The notes beneath the pieces were generated by a model. That model saw only the letters and a list, made by a program, of their open reading frames with translations, had not been told where the DNA came from and searched no databases. From Podarcis melisellensis (lineage: Eukaryota), in the NCBI GenBank assembly GCA_964234715.1, contig OZ174290.1: DNA of 64,000 nt; one strand, 5' to 3'. Of this stretch, positions 62,972-64,000 are shown in pieces. Numbering within the stretch: position 1 is the first letter of the stretch; each line of letters opens with the position of its first letter. The position numbers and the translations under genes are program-made.

Positions 62972-63220
62972 GGGCTCATCCACACGTCCATTTGCCCCTC
63001 TGCTTTCCCCTAGGAAAACCCTAGTGCTGAATTGAAACAAATGGCAATCAAGTGGATTGTTGTTTGTTCCGATTTAGTGCTAAAGACCAGGTTTTCTGGG
63101 GAAAGCAGTGGGGCAAAGGCAAAACTGCTCAGAGCCTTGCCTAGGAAGCATGGGGCAAGTCCAAAACAACTCAGACCCATGTTTTCTAGGCATGGAAGAA
63201 GTGGAAATGTGGAAGAGCCC
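62972..63220. mobile_element. PIF/Harbinger-type palindromic MITE
   Basis: TIRs GGGCTCATCCACA / TGTGGAAGAGCCC; CTA/TTA flanks. Confidence 0.75.
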
Positions 63221-63234
63221 TTAGTATCAACAAT

Positions 63235-63335
63235 TGCTAATAGATATTGATATTCCCCTTCCATGGATTTCTCCAGTCCACTTTTAAAATCTTCTAACCT
63301 AGTGGCCTTCACTGCTTTGTGTGGCTACAAACTCT
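63235..63335 (-). mobile_element. CR1 ORF2 C-terminal fragment
   Basis: Minus-strand RLEDFKSGLEKSME resembles the CR1 LDGFKRGLDKFME motif. Confidence 0.6.
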
Positions 63336-64000
63336 ATTAATTAATTATGAATAAGTCTTTTCCCCTTTGGAAACAATCAGGTGGGTGGGTGGTAAGAGGC
63401 TGGTTTTAACAAAACCACCACTGCTAAAAGTAAGGCATTTTCCTTTCCATTTTGGTTTAGAGTTACAGTTATTGGAGACAGTGTAATATGCTGCCTAAGG
63501 TTGGGCTTTATCAGTAGAACTTGGCTTCAATTTCCAGCCAAGACAAGAAACTCAATAGACAGACTTGGGCAAGTCCTCTCTCTCACCCTAACTACCTTTG
63601 GGTAATATGAGCAAATGACACATCACACAAAATAACAGATGATGTGGTTCTAGCTTTATGTAGTTAGTTCGTGGTTCTTGCCTTCATGGTAAGGATTAAC
63701 AAATCAGTCCATTTCTAGTAAACATGAGGGTAGAAATTCACAAATCAGTGTGCTGATTTGATTTCATGTGATTTCATATTTCTCAATTCAAAATTCTTTT
63801 CTGTCTCATTTCCACATTACTCCGCCAATCATTCTTTTAATCCACAAAAAATGTGCATTTGAATACACATAGAAATAAATAAATACGCATACACACATTT
63901 TAATACATTTTTGGGCTGACTTACATCAAAATATTTGGGAAGTGTAAAACCCAGTGTATCACTAAGTTCCAAGCTGCACAATGGGGGTGGGGGTGTTAGA

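Overview
Vertebrate (squamate) genomic DNA, most likely a lacertid lizard, judged from several near-consensus Sauria/POM-type SINEs plus Squam2- and Squam3-like SINEs. The window looks intronic or intergenic and I could not identify a host protein-coding exon with confidence. The dominant feature is an apparently intact, full-length ~6.0 kb L1-clade LINE at 51809-57847 (+). It has a CpG-rich 5'UTR, ORF1 (345 aa), ORF2 (1246 aa; APE endonuclease, RT, CCHC knuckle) and a perfect 16-bp target-site duplication. Its unusual traits are an in-frame ORF1/ORF2 junction with a single stop codon, essentially no poly(A) tail, a non-canonical target site and an intron-like 5'UTR layout. The rest is a mosaic of SINEs, L2/CR1 fragments and Tc1/pogo, hAT and PIF/Harbinger-type MITEs. 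It also holds a fold-back Penelope-type insertion, a decayed DIRS-like relic, microsatellites, a 168-N assembly gap and several repeat-poor blocks that may be conserved non-coding elements. Repeat-family names come from motif recognition, not from a database search.
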